Source: Demequinaceae bacterium (GTDB lineage Bacteria; Actinomycetota; Actinomycetes; Actinomycetales; Demequinaceae). Taken from it: 32,000 nt of DNA. Made by a program: the position numbers and the translations under genes. The stretch is taken from assembly GCA_965250005.1 (NCBI GenBank), contig OZ252279.1, positions 570,001 to 602,000 on the forward strand. Reading direction: 5' to 3'. This document shows, one piece after another, positions 8,742 to 17,915 of this stretch (within the stretch, counting starts at the first letter, position 1; every line of letters begins with the position of its first letter). The notes under the pieces were generated by a model that was given only the letters and a program-made list of their open reading frames with translations, searched no databases and was not told the DNA's origin.

Positions 8742-9821
8742 TCAGTCGAACAGGCGCGAGTTAGCGTCGCCAATTGAGTTTGCGGCCGCTGGATCGAGGC
8801 CGAGGTGTTCAAAGCCCGCAGGCGTGGCGATACGGCCCCGTGGGGTCCTGCTGACCAGTCCCTCGCGCACCAGGAAGGGCTCGGCCACGGTCTCAACGGT
8901 CTCGGCTTCCTCGCCCACCGAGACCGCCAAAGTGGACAGCCCGACGGGGCCGCCCTGGAAGCGCGTGCACAGCGCGCCGAGCACCGCTCGGTCGAGCCGG
9001 TCAAGACCGCGCTCGTCCACCTCGTAGACCTTGAGTGCGGCGTGGGCGGCATCGATGGTGCCGAGACCTTGACCGTGGATCTGCGCCCAGTCGCGGACGC
9101 GACGCAGCAGGCGGTTGGCGATACGCGGCGTTCCTCGGGACCTCCCCGCAATCTCTGCGGCGGCATCGGCGTTGATCTTGAAACTGAGCAGCCCCGCGCT
9201 GCGCGTCAGTATCGCGCGAAGCTCGTCCTCGTTGTAAAAGTCCAGGTGACCGGTGAAGCCGAACCGGTCGCGCAGCGGCGCGGGGAGCAGCCCGGCGCGC
9301 GTGGTCGCGCCAACGACGGTGAAGGGCGGCAGGCTCAGGGGAATGGACGTCGCGCCGGCGCCCTTACCTACTACTACGTCCACACGGAAGTCTTCCATCG
9401 CGAGGTAGAGCATCTCCTCTACCGGGCGAGCGAGCCGGTGAATCTCGTCAACGAAGAAGATGTCGCCTTCGCTGAGTGAGGACAGGATCGACGCCAGATC
9501 GCCTGCGTGCTGGATGGCCGGGCCCGACGTCACACGCATGGTGGCGCCCATCTCCCCCGCCACAATCATCGCGAGCGTAGTTTTGCCCAACCCGGGAGGG
9601 CCCGACAGCAGTACGTGGTCGGCGGTCGCTCCCCGCGCCTGGGCCGCCCGGAGCACGAGTGACAGTTGAGCTCGCACCGCTTCCTGCCCGACAAACTCGT
9701 CGAGATTGGTCGGCCGCAACGCTGCCTCGTTCGATCGCTCGATCGCATCCGCATCGGCGTCGATGAAACGTTCGGGCGCGGTCTCGTGCGGATCCGTCTC
9801 TACCTCGCGGTTGTCATCCAC
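8742..9821 (-). CDS. ruvB: Holliday junction branch migration DNA helicase RuvB
   Basis: Walker [20 protein letters not shown], and a RuvB C-terminal winged-helix region. I prefer GTG at 9821, which overlaps the ruvA stop (GTGGATGA), over the longer track ORF starting at 9869. Confidence 0.93.
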   Translation of the reverse strand: MDDNREVETDPHETAPERFIDADADAIERSNEAALRPTNLDEFVGQEAVRAQLSLVLRAAQARGATADHVLLSGPPGLGKTTLAMIVAGEMGATMRVTSGPAIQHAGDLASILSSLSEGDIFFVDEIHRLARPVEEMLYLAMEDFRVDVVVGKGAGATSIPLSLPPFTVVGATTRAGLLPAPLRDRFGFTGHLDFYNEDELRAILTRSAGLLSFKINADAAAEIAGRSRGTPRIANRLLRRVRDWAQIHGQGLGTIDAAHAALKVYEVDERGLDRLDRAVLGALCTRFQGGPVGLSTLAVSVGEEAETVETVAEPFLVREGLVSRTPRGRIATPAGFEHLGLDPAAANSIGDANSRLFD

Positions 9822-10407
9822 GCGAGGCTCCCATTTCTTGGAGCGCGCGGCGCAGCGTGTCGGGCACATCGGCGTCCGTCACGGGCCCGTCGGTCACGGA
9901 CGCAACGGCGGCCTCGGCGGCCTTGGGTGCCCACCCCAGGCCCGCCAGCGCGTCCACAACGGCCCCGCGGCCGTCTCCCCTAGGAACGGCGCCATCTGAC
10001 AGTTGGGGCAGCGAGAGCTTGCCGCCCAGCTCAAGCAGGAGCCTGCTCGCAACTTTGGCGCCAACGCCGGGAACGCGCTCAAGCGCAGCCCTGTCCCCCG
10101 CCGCGACCGCCGAAGAGAGGTCGTCGGGAGCGTGCACCGCGAGCATCGCGAGGGCGAGCCTGGGGCCCACCCCGCTCACCGACTGCAGAATTGAGAACGT
10201 GTCGCGTTCCTGGGCTGACGCAAAGCCATACAGCGTGAGCGAGTCCTCCCTCACGATCAGGTTGGTGTGCAGCACAGCCTGCTGACGCATGTGGAGTTCT
10301 GACAGTGTGCGCGGGGTCGACAACACCTGCATCCCGATGCCGCCCACGTCCACCACGACGTACGACGCGGTAACGGTCAGTACCGTTCCGGACACCTGTG
10401 AGATCAC
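9814..10407 (-). CDS. ruvA: Holliday junction branch migration complex subunit RuvA
   Basis: 197 aa. Reads MISQVSGTV...[12 protein letters not shown]...LYGF...[23 protein letters not shown], typical RuvA with an OB fold plus HhH motifs. GTG start with an AGGAGG RBS. Confidence 0.95.
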   Translation of the reverse strand: MISQVSGTVLTVTASYVVVDVGGIGMQVLSTPRTLSELHMRQQAVLHTNLIVREDSLTLYGFASAQERDTFSILQSVSGVGPRLALAMLAVHAPDDLSSAVAAGDRAALERVPGVGAKVASRLLLELGGKLSLPQLSDGAVPRGDGRGAVVDALAGLGWAPKAAEAAVASVTDGPVTDADVPDTLRRALQEMGASRG

Positions 10408-10424
10408 TGCGCCTCCTGCGCTAC

Positions 10425-10440
10425 TCGAACGTATGTACGA
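10425..10440. promoter_or_regulatory. Putative LexA (SOS) operator upstream of ruvA
   Basis: TCGAACgtatGTACGA matches the actinobacterial LexA consensus TCGAAC-N4-GTTCGA at 11 of 12 positions. It lies in the 57-bp ruvC-ruvA spacer, 17 nt upstream of the ruvA start codon. Confidence 0.45.
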
Positions 10441-10464
10441 ACAACGCTACGGTACCAACGTCCG

Positions 10465-11067
10465 CTAGGTCCGGCGGCGCGCCGGGCGTGTCTTGCCGCC
10501 GGGGTCGAGCCCTCGCGCGCCCTTGGTTGCCGCCTCATCACGTGCCTGCGCCCACCGCAACTGGGCGGACGTCGCAGCGCCACCCCCAGGTAGCGGCGCG
10601 CCGCGCCAGGCGTGGCAGATGGCGATCGCTAGGGCGTCCGCGGCGTCCGCGGGCTTGGGCGGCTCCGATAGGCCCAGGATCGTGGCGACCATGACTCCCA
10701 CCTGGGCCTTCGCGGCACGACCGGAGCCGGTCACCGCGGCCTTGACCTCGGACGGCGTGTACATGGCGACCGGGATGCCGTGGCGGTGCGCGGCAAGCAT
10801 CACCACCCCGGATACCTGTGCGGTGCCCATGACCGTGCTCACGTTGTGCTGGGAGAAGACGCGCTCGAGCGCGATCGCACCGGGCTTGTGGCGATCAAGT
10901 TGAACGTCCAGAGCGTCGGCGACGGCGCCTAGCCTTGCTGGGATCGGGTCGTCCGGGCTGGTATTGGACACACCTACGCTGATCATCGAGACCAGCCGGG
11001 CGCCGCGGGTTTCGACCACGCCAAACCCGCTACGCGTGAGGCCCGGGTCAACGCCAAGTATGATCAT
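10465..11067 (-). CDS. ruvC: Crossover junction endodeoxyribonuclease RuvC
   Basis: 200 aa. Contains [18 protein letters not shown] and ALERVF, typical of RuvC. Confidence 0.95.
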   Translation of the reverse strand: MIILGVDPGLTRSGFGVVETRGARLVSMISVGVSNTSPDDPIPARLGAVADALDVQLDRHKPGAIALERVFSQHNVSTVMGTAQVSGVVMLAAHRHGIPVAMYTPSEVKAAVTGSGRAAKAQVGVMVATILGLSEPPKPADAADALAIAICHAWRGAPLPGGGAATSAQLRWAQARDEAATKGARGLDPGGKTRPARRRT

Positions 11068-11070
11068 GCG

Positions 11071-11826
11071 CTACTCCGAAGCTGCGGCCAGCACCTCGTC
11101 GGAGGCGTCGAAGTTGGCGAAGACATTCTGCACATCGTCGCTGTCTTCGAGGGCTTCGATGAGCCGCAACATCTTCTTGGTCCCCTCAACGTCGACCTCG
11201 ACCTGGACGGACGGGATGAACGCGGGTTCGGCCTGTTCGTATTCGATATCGGCCGCCTGGAGTGCGGAGCGAACGGCCACGAAGTCGTTTGGCTCAGAGA
11301 GGATCTCGTACACGGCGCCTAGGTCGTTGATTTCCTCTGCTCCAGCATCGAGCGTCGCCTCCATAATCGCGTCCTCGGTGGCGCCGCCTTCCTTGTCGAC
11401 AATCACCTGTCCCTTGCGCGCGAACATGTAGGAGACACTGCCCGGCTCCGCTAGCGATCCCCCGTTGTGGTTGAATGCGGTGCGCACCTCGGTGGCTGCG
11501 CGGTTGCGGTTGTCAGTGAGGCACTCGATGAGCACGGCCACGCCGCCGGGACCGTAGCCCTCGTACATGATCGTCTCGTAATCTGCGCCGCCTGCCTCTT
11601 CGCCGGAGCCGCGCTTGTGAGCGCGGTCAATGTTGGCGTTCGGAACCGAGGACTTCTTGGCCTTCTGGATCGCGTCGTAGAGCGTGGGGTTGCCGTTGAT
11701 ATCGCCGCCGCCGATGCGCGCCGCGACTTCGATGTTCTTGACGAGCTTGGCGAAAAGTTTGCTGCGCTTGGCGTCAACAATCGCCTTCTTGTGCTTCGTA
11801 GTTGCCCACTTGGAATGCCCGGACAC
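11071..11826 (-). CDS. YebC/PmpR family DNA-binding transcriptional regulator
   Basis: [36 protein letters not shown] is the family signature. I place the start at GTG 11826 because GAGGAG sits 5 nt upstream. The track ORF begins 12 nt earlier, at 11838. Confidence 0.9.
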   Translation of the reverse strand: MSGHSKWATTKHKKAIVDAKRSKLFAKLVKNIEVAARIGGGDINGNPTLYDAIQKAKKSSVPNANIDRAHKRGSGEEAGGADYETIMYEGYGPGGVAVLIECLTDNRNRAATEVRTAFNHNGGSLAEPGSVSYMFARKGQVIVDKEGGATEDAIMEATLDAGAEEINDLGAVYEILSEPNDFVAVRSALQAADIEYEQAEPAFIPSVQVEVDVEGTKKMLRLIEALEDSDDVQNVFANFDASDEVLAAASE

Positions 11827-11876
11827 GATGCTCCTCACTGATCGCCTGCGACGGTGGCGCGCGGCCCATGTCCAGT

Positions 11877-12518
11877 CTAGGGCAGGTCGGGTCCCTCAAT
11901 CGCGGCGCGTTCCTGCTTGCGCAGGCGTACCCCTGACGAGCGCAACTCGAGGCTGGCAAGCTCACGTAGAACGCCCTCATCGCGGCGGCGCCACGCCCCC
12001 GCCGGGTCCTCGTGCACGGTGGCGAGCGCCGTGAGCTTCTGGCTCGTGAGCGCTCGTAGCGCGAGGAGGTCCACGCTGTTCTCGTGCGAGAGCATCGCCT
12101 TGGCCTTCGCCGCCTTGAGCGCGAAGCGCAGGCGTGGCACTAGCCAGAAGATCAGGATGGTGAGAATCGGGAGCACTGTGATGCCGACCCCCAGTCCGAT
12201 GGCGAGGTCGTGAACGGCCTCCTGTTGCGCAATCCCGGCCTCCTCAAGCTGCCTGCCCGCACCCGAAGCGGCGTCGAACGGCAGCCGGATACCGTCCCCG
12301 ATTAGCCACACCTCGCCCAGGTCGTTCCCGATGTTCGTCATGGTCGCCCGCAGCCCAGCGCCCGCCAGCTCCATTCGCTCGCCGTAGCCCGCAAGTTTGG
12401 ACACGAGAGAGTAGAGCCAGTAGCCGAGCCACACCCAGAGCCCGATGTTGAGCGCTGAGAGCAGGTCGAAAGTGATCTGACGGGCGCGATGGCCGCGGTA
12501 ATCCGAGTAGAGCTTCAT
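11877..12518 (-). CDS. Hypothetical membrane protein (two predicted TM helices)
   Basis: Hydrophobic segments are [21 protein letters not shown] and [24 protein letters not shown] see no recognisable motif. The start is taken at the internal ATG (MKLYSDY...), because the longer track ORF would overlap the pdxT 3' end. Confidence 0.55.
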   Translation of the reverse strand: MKLYSDYRGHRARQITFDLLSALNIGLWVWLGYWLYSLVSKLAGYGERMELAGAGLRATMTNIGNDLGEVWLIGDGIRLPFDAASGAGRQLEEAGIAQQEAVHDLAIGLGVGITVLPILTILIFWLVPRLRFALKAAKAKAMLSHENSVDLLALRALTSQKLTALATVHEDPAGAWRRRDEGVLRELASLELRSSGVRLRKQERAAIEGPDLP

Positions 12519-12552
12519 GCGTCCATCTTCACCGAGAAGCGCCGCTTTGTCG

Positions 12553-13173
12553 CTAGCGGCTGTCTGGGGCCGCGCGAACCATGTCCACAAAGTATTGATG
12601 CACGCGCAGATCGCCGGAGATTTCGGGGTGGAACGCGGTCGCCATCAGGCTGCCGTGGCGCACGGCCACTACGCGACCTCCGTGGGCGTGATCGGTGGCG
12701 AGGACTTCGACGTCAGCTGCGTGGTCCTCGACCCACGGTGCGCGAATGAACGTGGCAGTCATGTCGGTGCCGTCAGGCTCCCACGTGAGGAGCACCTCGC
12801 TCGAGTCCACCTGCCTGCCGAACGCGTTGCGGCGAACCGTCATGGGGATTCCACCCAGCGTCTGCTGGTCGTGAGATCCGTCAACGATCACGTCTGCGAG
12901 CAGGATCATGCCCGCGCACGATCCGAATACGGGCAGGCCCGCGGCGATCCGCTCACGCAGAGGCTCGCGCAAGTCGAAGATGCGCAGCAGCTTGTCTATC
13001 GTGGTGGATTCGCCGCCGGGAAGAACGAGAGCGTCGACAGCCTGAAGATCGGCAAGCCGCCGCACGCGGGCGGTCTCCACGCCGCACGCCGCAAGGGCGC
13101 GCACGTGCTCGTGTACGTCCCCTTGCAAGGCGAGCACGCCCACGGTCACGTCCGCTTTCGCTTTCGCATCCAT
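12553..13173 (-). CDS. pdxT: Pyridoxal 5'-phosphate synthase glutaminase subunit PdxT
   Basis: VGVLALQGDVHEHVRAL...LVLPGGESTT...GSCAGMILLA...FIRAP...ATAFHPE is the PdxT triad-glutaminase pattern. The ATG at 13173 has a GGAGGG RBS, 2 nt after the Nudix stop. Confidence 0.9.
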   Translation of the reverse strand: MDAKAKADVTVGVLALQGDVHEHVRALAACGVETARVRRLADLQAVDALVLPGGESTTIDKLLRIFDLREPLRERIAAGLPVFGSCAGMILLADVIVDGSHDQQTLGGIPMTVRRNAFGRQVDSSEVLLTWEPDGTDMTATFIRAPWVEDHAADVEVLATDHAHGGRVVAVRHGSLMATAFHPEISGDLRVHQYFVDMVRAAPDSR

Positions 13174-13175
13174 GT

Positions 13176-13718
13176 TCACCCTCCTTCGCCCAGTTGCCGC
13201 AGCACGCCATCCCAAGGCATGACTGTTTCCAACAATTCTCCCAGTCTTTCGGGAAACACTTCGATGTCCATGGCGGTCACCTCACTGGGCACCCACCAGC
13301 GAACCTCGTCGAGCATGTCGCGCTCGACCTCGCTCCACTCTGTGGGCACGCGAGACGCGCCGGCTTCCACCCGGGCCACAAAGAACACCTCATGCTGGCG
13401 GTACGGCATGTCCATGAAATCGAAGATCGCGGTTCGCTCCCACACGGGACCCACAAGTGACTCGGGATCAACGACGTAGCCGACCTCCTCACGTAGCTCG
13501 CGCACGGCCGCCTCACGGTGCGACTCCCCCGCGTCCAGGCCTCCGCCAACCGAGAACCACCAAGACCGGCTGGGCTGAGCTGGATCGTGCCCTCGCAGCA
13601 GGAGCACGCGCCCGTCGTCACCGAGGACGATGACACGCGCAGCCTCGCGGGGCGACTGGGCTGTGCCGTGCGACTCAACTATTCCTGAAGAATCGGTCGT
13701 GCCGTGCGGCTCAGGCAC
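13176..13718 (-). CDS. Nudix hydrolase
   Basis: The Nudix box GGGLDAGESHREAAVRELREEVGY fits GX5EX7REUXEEXGU. The start is taken at GTG 13718, 8 nt after the pdxS stop. The upstream 180 codons of track ORF 13176..14258 are an Arg-rich alternate frame of pdxS and are rejected. Confidence 0.8.
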   Translation of the reverse strand: MPEPHGTTDSSGIVESHGTAQSPREAARVIVLGDDGRVLLLRGHDPAQPSRSWWFSVGGGLDAGESHREAAVRELREEVGYVVDPESLVGPVWERTAIFDFMDMPYRQHEVFFVARVEAGASRVPTEWSEVERDMLDEVRWWVPSEVTAMDIEVFPERLGELLETVMPWDGVLRQLGEGG

Positions 13719-13726
13719 GAGTGCGG

Positions 13727-14632
13727 CTACCAGCCGCGTTCGGCCAGGCGGTGCGGCTCGGGGACGTCCTCCACATTGATGCCCACCATGGCCTCGCCCA
13801 GGCCGCGCGACACATCGGCGATCACCTTGGCGTCGTCGAAGAACGTGGTGGCCTTGACGATCGCTGCGGCCCGCTCTGCTGGGTTGCCGGACTTGAAGAT
13901 TCCGGAACCGACGAATACGCCCTCCGCGCCCAACTGCATCATCATCGCGGCGTCTGCCGGGGTGGCGATGCCGCCTGCCACGAACATCACCACGGGAAGT
14001 TTGCCGGTCTCGGCTACCTCCTTGACCAGCTGATACGGCGCCTGGAGATCCTTGGCGGCAACGTAGAGTTCGTCGGCTTTCATCGAGCTCAGGCGCGCGA
14101 TTTCCGCGCTGATCGTTCGCATGTGCTTGGTCGCGTTCGAGACATCCCCGGTGCCGGCCTCGCCCTTGGAGCGGATCATCGCCGCGCCCTCGGAGATGCG
14201 GCGTAGCGCCTCGCCCAGGTTCGTTGCACCGCACACGAACGGCACGGTGAATTGCCACTTGTCGATGTGGTTGGCGTAGTCGGCTGGCGTCAGCACCTCA
14301 GACTCGTCAACGTAGTCGACGCCAAGGCTCTGCAACACTTGCGCCTCAACAAAGTGGCCGATGCGCGCTTTGGCCATCACGGGGATGGAGACAGTGTCGA
14401 TGATCCCCTGGATGAGGTCGGGGTCACTCATGCGCGCCACGCCGCCCTGCGAGCGAATGTCAGCGGGAACGCGCTCGAGCGCCATCACGGCGACCGCGCC
14501 AGCATCTTCGGCGATCTTGGCCTGCTCGGCGGTCACCACGTCCATGATGACGCCGCCCTTGAGCATCTCGGCCATGCCGCGCTTCACCAAATCGGTGCCC
14601 ACTTGAGGGGTCTTGCTGGCCTTGTCAGTCAT
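13727..14632 (-). CDS. pdxS: Pyridoxal 5'-phosphate synthase lyase subunit PdxS
   Basis: 301 aa, highly conserved PdxS sequence: [18 protein letters not shown]...[20 protein letters not shown]...GGVARM...[10 protein letters not shown]. Confidence 0.97.
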   Translation of the reverse strand: MTDKASKTPQVGTDLVKRGMAEMLKGGVIMDVVTAEQAKIAEDAGAVAVMALERVPADIRSQGGVARMSDPDLIQGIIDTVSIPVMAKARIGHFVEAQVLQSLGVDYVDESEVLTPADYANHIDKWQFTVPFVCGATNLGEALRRISEGAAMIRSKGEAGTGDVSNATKHMRTISAEIARLSSMKADELYVAAKDLQAPYQLVKEVAETGKLPVVMFVAGGIATPADAAMMMQLGAEGVFVGSGIFKSGNPAERAAAIVKATTFFDDAKVIADVSRGLGEAMVGINVEDVPEPHRLAERGW

Positions 14633-14681
14633 GTCCGGATCCCGTTCCGCTCGTCCCTGGTGCCGCTCGACAACCCCTGTA

Positions 14682-15803
14682 CTACTCCGCGTTCATTCTA
14701 ATCGCGTCGCGGTACGTCTCCTCAACGCGCGGAACCACATTCTCCCAGTCGAACAGCGCGGCGCACTTCTGGCCCCGCTTGGCCAGCGCAGTTCGCTTGG
14801 CGGGGTCGAGGAGCAGAGCGGACACTTGCTCTGCCATGTGTTCCCAGTCGCCCACGCGATGGATCAATGCCGCTGGCTCTTTCTCTGCGGCCGTGGCGAC
14901 GTCCACGAATGCCTTGAGGTCGCTCGCGACCACCGCGGTGCCCGCCGCCATCGCCTCAACCAGGACGATGCCGAAGCTCTCCCCCTCGGTGTTTGGTACG
15001 CAGTAGACGTCCACGGACGCCATAAACCGCTGCTTGTCGTTCTCATCGAGCTCGCCAACTATCTCGGCGCCCGCGGCCATCGCCTTCTGCGCGGTGCGCT
15101 TGCTGAAACGGCCTGCCACGAGGAAGCGCGCGCCGGGAACGCGTTTGCGCACCTCGGGGATCATCGCGAGGAAATCGTCCATGCCCTTACGCGGTTCGTC
15201 CATGCGGCCAAGGATCGCGACCGTGGGCGCGCCCTTCTCACCCTGCCAGGCCTTGCGCGGTACGGCGGTGCTGAACGATCGGGTGGTGACGCCGTTGGGG
15301 ATAACGTGCGTTGGCGCCAGCTTGAAGTGCTCCTGCAGTGTGCGGTCTGCTGACGGTGAGACCGCGATGCGCGCGTCGAGCACCTCCATGCTGGGCTTCA
15401 CGAACGGTTTGGCCAGGCGCATCACGATCGAGTCATCTTTGGAGACGTGGAACGTGCCCACCGTGGGGCCGACGCGCGCCCACATGGCCAGCAGCCCCAC
15501 GGATGGGACCCCGGGCTCGTGAACGTGCACCACGTCGAAGTTTCCTTCGCGCAGCCATTCGCGAACCTTGAGGGCAGTGAAGATGCCGATGGTAACTCGT
15601 GCCGTCGCGCCGTTGTAGTGAATCGAAATAGGCCGGCCCGTCATGCTGTCCACATAAGCGGGGACCACTAAGTATGCGTTGGCGGGGGCGAGCACACGCA
15701 CGTCGTGGCCCTGGTCGATAAGTGCGGAAGCGAGCTCCGTCACGTGCAACTGCACGCCGCCTGGGCGGTCGAGCGAGTATGGACAGACGATCCCGATCTT
15801 CAT
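14682..15803 (-). CDS. pimA: GT4 glycosyltransferase, phosphatidylinositol alpha-mannosyltransferase (PimA-like)
   Basis: The N-terminus [37 protein letters not shown] resembles mycobacterial PimA. It has the GT4 C-terminal E-x7-E region ([19 protein letters not shown]). Synteny with the PIM acyltransferase, PI-phosphate synthase, HIT and thrS genes matches M. tuberculosis Rv2610c-Rv2614c. Confidence 0.85.
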   Translation of the reverse strand: MKIGIVCPYSLDRPGGVQLHVTELASALIDQGHDVRVLAPANAYLVVPAYVDSMTGRPISIHYNGATARVTIGIFTALKVREWLREGNFDVVHVHEPGVPSVGLLAMWARVGPTVGTFHVSKDDSIVMRLAKPFVKPSMEVLDARIAVSPSADRTLQEHFKLAPTHVIPNGVTTRSFSTAVPRKAWQGEKGAPTVAILGRMDEPRKGMDDFLAMIPEVRKRVPGARFLVAGRFSKRTAQKAMAAGAEIVGELDENDKQRFMASVDVYCVPNTEGESFGIVLVEAMAAGTAVVASDLKAFVDVATAAEKEPAALIHRVGDWEHMAEQVSALLLDPAKRTALAKRGQKCAALFDWENVVPRVEETYRDAIRMNAE

Positions 15804-16693
15804 TCAATCCACCCGAACCGCTGAAGCATGTGCCAGTCCTCGGGGTGCACCGCGATCTTCTCGGAGAGAGCGGTGGCCCACAGGTGCGTCATGGCTACGA
15901 CGCGTTCAGACTTGTCTCCTTCGGAAACTTCGATCGGCTCTCCGAAGTCCATGACGGTTCCCCATCGCGAGCGTGCCTTCCACCGGCGCCGGCCGTGGAG
16001 CTTCTCGTAGTAGACGGCGAGCGGATAGAGAGTAGTGCCTGTGGCGAGAGCGAGCGCCGCCGGGCCGGGAGCGACGCGCACGCCGTGCCCCCACATGGTG
16101 GTCTCAACGCCGTCGCCGCTCAGGTCGCGGTCGGCGAGGAGTGCGAGGACACCGCCCTCGGTCTTGCCAAGTCGAATCAGTTGCCTGAACGTGGTGCTGC
16201 CCTCGTGTCCGAGCACAGTCATGCCGAGCTTCTCCCGAAATGCGACGAACTCGTCGAAGACTTCTCGCGGCTCGAGGACCTCCGCGACCGTGCGCACTGG
16301 ACCGTAGTTGCGCGACGTCCACGCGCCAACCATGTCCCAGTTGCCCGAGTGGCTGAGCACCACCGAGATGCACTCGTGCGCCCGAATCTGCTCGAGCGCG
16401 TGGGCGTCGGCTCCCGTGGTCCGGACGCGGGCGTCCATCGCGGAATGTGTCAACCTGCCGAGCTCGAAGACCTCGGCCCAGTAGCGCGCGTACGAGGACA
16501 TGCCGCGTCGGCTGAGGCGACGCAGTGCGCGACCCTCTAGCCCGGTGACGCGGTAAAGGTTCTCCTCGAACCGATGGGTCATCTTGCCGTTCTTGGCCCA
16601 GGCCCCCCACGCGGCCAGGCCGACGATGGCGCGGATCAGGTTGATCGGCAGGAAGGGTGCGACGCGGGTCGCGACCAGATAAGGGTCGGCCAT
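15800..16693 (-). CDS. Phosphatidylinositol mannoside acyltransferase (lauroyl/LPLAT family, PatA-like)
   Basis: 297 aa with the HX4D acyltransferase motif (SHSGNWD). It sits between the PI-phosphate synthase gene and pimA, as Rv2611c does. It overlaps the pimA start by 4 nt. Confidence 0.8.
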   Translation of the reverse strand: MADPYLVATRVAPFLPINLIRAIVGLAAWGAWAKNGKMTHRFEENLYRVTGLEGRALRRLSRRGMSSYARYWAEVFELGRLTHSAMDARVRTTGADAHALEQIRAHECISVVLSHSGNWDMVGAWTSRNYGPVRTVAEVLEPREVFDEFVAFREKLGMTVLGHEGSTTFRQLIRLGKTEGGVLALLADRDLSGDGVETTMWGHGVRVAPGPAALALATGTTLYPLAVYYEKLHGRRRWKARSRWGTVMDFGEPIEVSEGDKSERVVAMTHLWATALSEKIAVHPEDWHMLQRFGWIE

Positions 16694-16696
16694 CAG

Positions 16697-17326
16697 TCAG
16701 CCCTCCACCGTCGGGATCGCAGGGTCCTTGCGGCTTGCCCGCGCGACGGCGGCGGTGCGCTGACCCACGGTGATGGCCGCGAGCACCGCGAGGACAATCA
16801 ACGTGTACGTCAGGACCGCGAGCGGGAGCCCGAGCCCCACGAAGCCGGCGGCGGTGAGGCCAAAGAATAGCCGATCGCCGCGCTCGGCGATGCCCATCTT
16901 GGCCTCGATGCCGAGGCTCTCGGCGCGGGCACGCGCGTAGGGGACGACGGACCCGATCCCCATGCATGCGAGCGCGGCCAGCGCCGTGGGGCGGTGCACG
17001 TCGAGGAATGCCCACGTGAGCGCGCCGAACACCGCAGCATCCGCCACGCGGTCCAGCGTGGAGTCGAGGAAGGCTCCCAGGCGCGAGCTCGTGCCGCTCA
17101 GCCGCGCCATGGTGCCGTCGAGCATGTCGGTCACCAAGAACAGGCCGCAGACGAACGCTCCGATGAACAGGTTGAAGTCGCCGCGCGGCAGCCACCAGAT
17201 CGCGGAGGCGACCACGCCGATGGTCCCGAAGATGGTGATCCCGTTGGGGGTCACGCCAATCTTGAGGAGCCCCTTGGCGGGCGCCCGCCAGAGTCTGCCC
17301 ATCGCGGGCCTGAGCCATCCGAGCAT
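16697..17326 (-). CDS. pgsA: CDP-alcohol phosphatidyltransferase, phosphatidylinositol phosphate synthase
   Basis: CDP-alcohol motif DMLDGTMARLSGTSSRLGAFLDSTLDRVAD in a polytopic membrane protein. The start is taken at the ATG overlapping the HIT stop (TAATG). The track ORF extends 13 codons further upstream. Confidence 0.85.
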   Translation of the reverse strand: MLGWLRPAMGRLWRAPAKGLLKIGVTPNGITIFGTIGVVASAIWWLPRGDFNLFIGAFVCGLFLVTDMLDGTMARLSGTSSRLGAFLDSTLDRVADAAVFGALTWAFLDVHRPTALAALACMGIGSVVPYARARAESLGIEAKMGIAERGDRLFFGLTAAGFVGLGLPLAVLTYTLIVLAVLAAITVGQRTAAVARASRKDPAIPTVEG

Positions 17327-17913
17327 TAGGCGGATTCCTTCCACGCTTCGCTTACGCGTTGCCACGTGTCGTCAAGCAACTCGGGCACCGCCTTGGTCTT
17401 TGCAATGATCGGTAGGAAGTTTGAGTCGCCCACCCAGCGCGGAACTACGTGCTGGTGGAGGTGCTCGACAATTCCCGCACCACCAACCATGCCCTGATTC
17501 ATGCCGATGTTGAACCCCTGGGTGCCGCTCACGGCCTCGAGCACGCGCATGGCCTGCTGTGTCATGGCCGACATTTCGTCGCGTTCCGCGTCGGTGGCGT
17601 CCGTGTACAGGCCCACGTGGCGGTACGGGCAGACCATCAGGTGGCCAGGGTTGTACGGGTACAGGTTGAGCACGGCGTAGTTGTGCTCGCCGCGGGCAAC
17701 CACGAGCTGCTTACGGTCCTCTGCGGGATCTTTCGCGCACAGCACGCAGCCGGTTTCGGGCGTGAGGCCCTCGCGGTCGGATGCTTCCTTGACGTAGGCC
17801 ATGCGGTGTGGGGTCCATAGTCGCTCGAACCCGTCGGGCACGCCGCCCATGGTCTCGCTCGGCACGGCGTTTTCAGTCGACGCAGGGTTCTCGGGCGAAA
17901 TCGCGTCGGCCAT
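17326..17913 (-). CDS. HIT family protein (Rv2613c-like, possible Ap4A phosphorylase-type)
   Basis: Histidine triad HLHQHVVPRW. It occupies the conserved position between thrS and the PI-phosphate synthase gene. Confidence 0.85.
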   Translation of the reverse strand: MADAISPENPASTENAVPSETMGGVPDGFERLWTPHRMAYVKEASDREGLTPETGCVLCAKDPAEDRKQLVVARGEHNYAVLNLYPYNPGHLMVCPYRHVGLYTDATDAERDEMSAMTQQAMRVLEAVSGTQGFNIGMNQGMVGGAGIVEHLHQHVVPRWVGDSNFLPIIAKTKAVPELLDDTWQRVSEAWKESA

Positions 17914-17915
17914 GA

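Noticed and set aside
11839-11879. TAGACT hexamers as -10 elements (upstream of the YebC-family gene at 11874-11879, and upstream of the cyclophilin gene at about 734-739)
   Set aside because: They fit TANNNT, but I found no properly spaced -35 element. A single hexamer match is not enough to call a promoter.
12517-13479. 320-aa plus-strand ORF antisense to pdxT and the Nudix gene
   Set aside because: It lies opposite two motif-bearing genes and has no recognisable features. It is a GC-rich shadow ORF.
13719-14258. N-terminal 180 codons of track ORF 13176..14258 (Arg/Gly-rich)
   Set aside because: It is an alternate frame of the conserved pdxS gene on the same strand. Only the C-terminal part downstream of the pdxS stop carries the Nudix fold, so the start was moved to GTG 13718.
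16104-17318. 404-aa minus-strand ORF crossing the PIM acyltransferase and PI-phosphate synthase genes in another frame
   Set aside because: The translation is extremely Arg/Pro/Gly-rich, and it overlaps two genes with clear catalytic motifs (HX4D and the CDP-alcohol motif). It is a shadow ORF.
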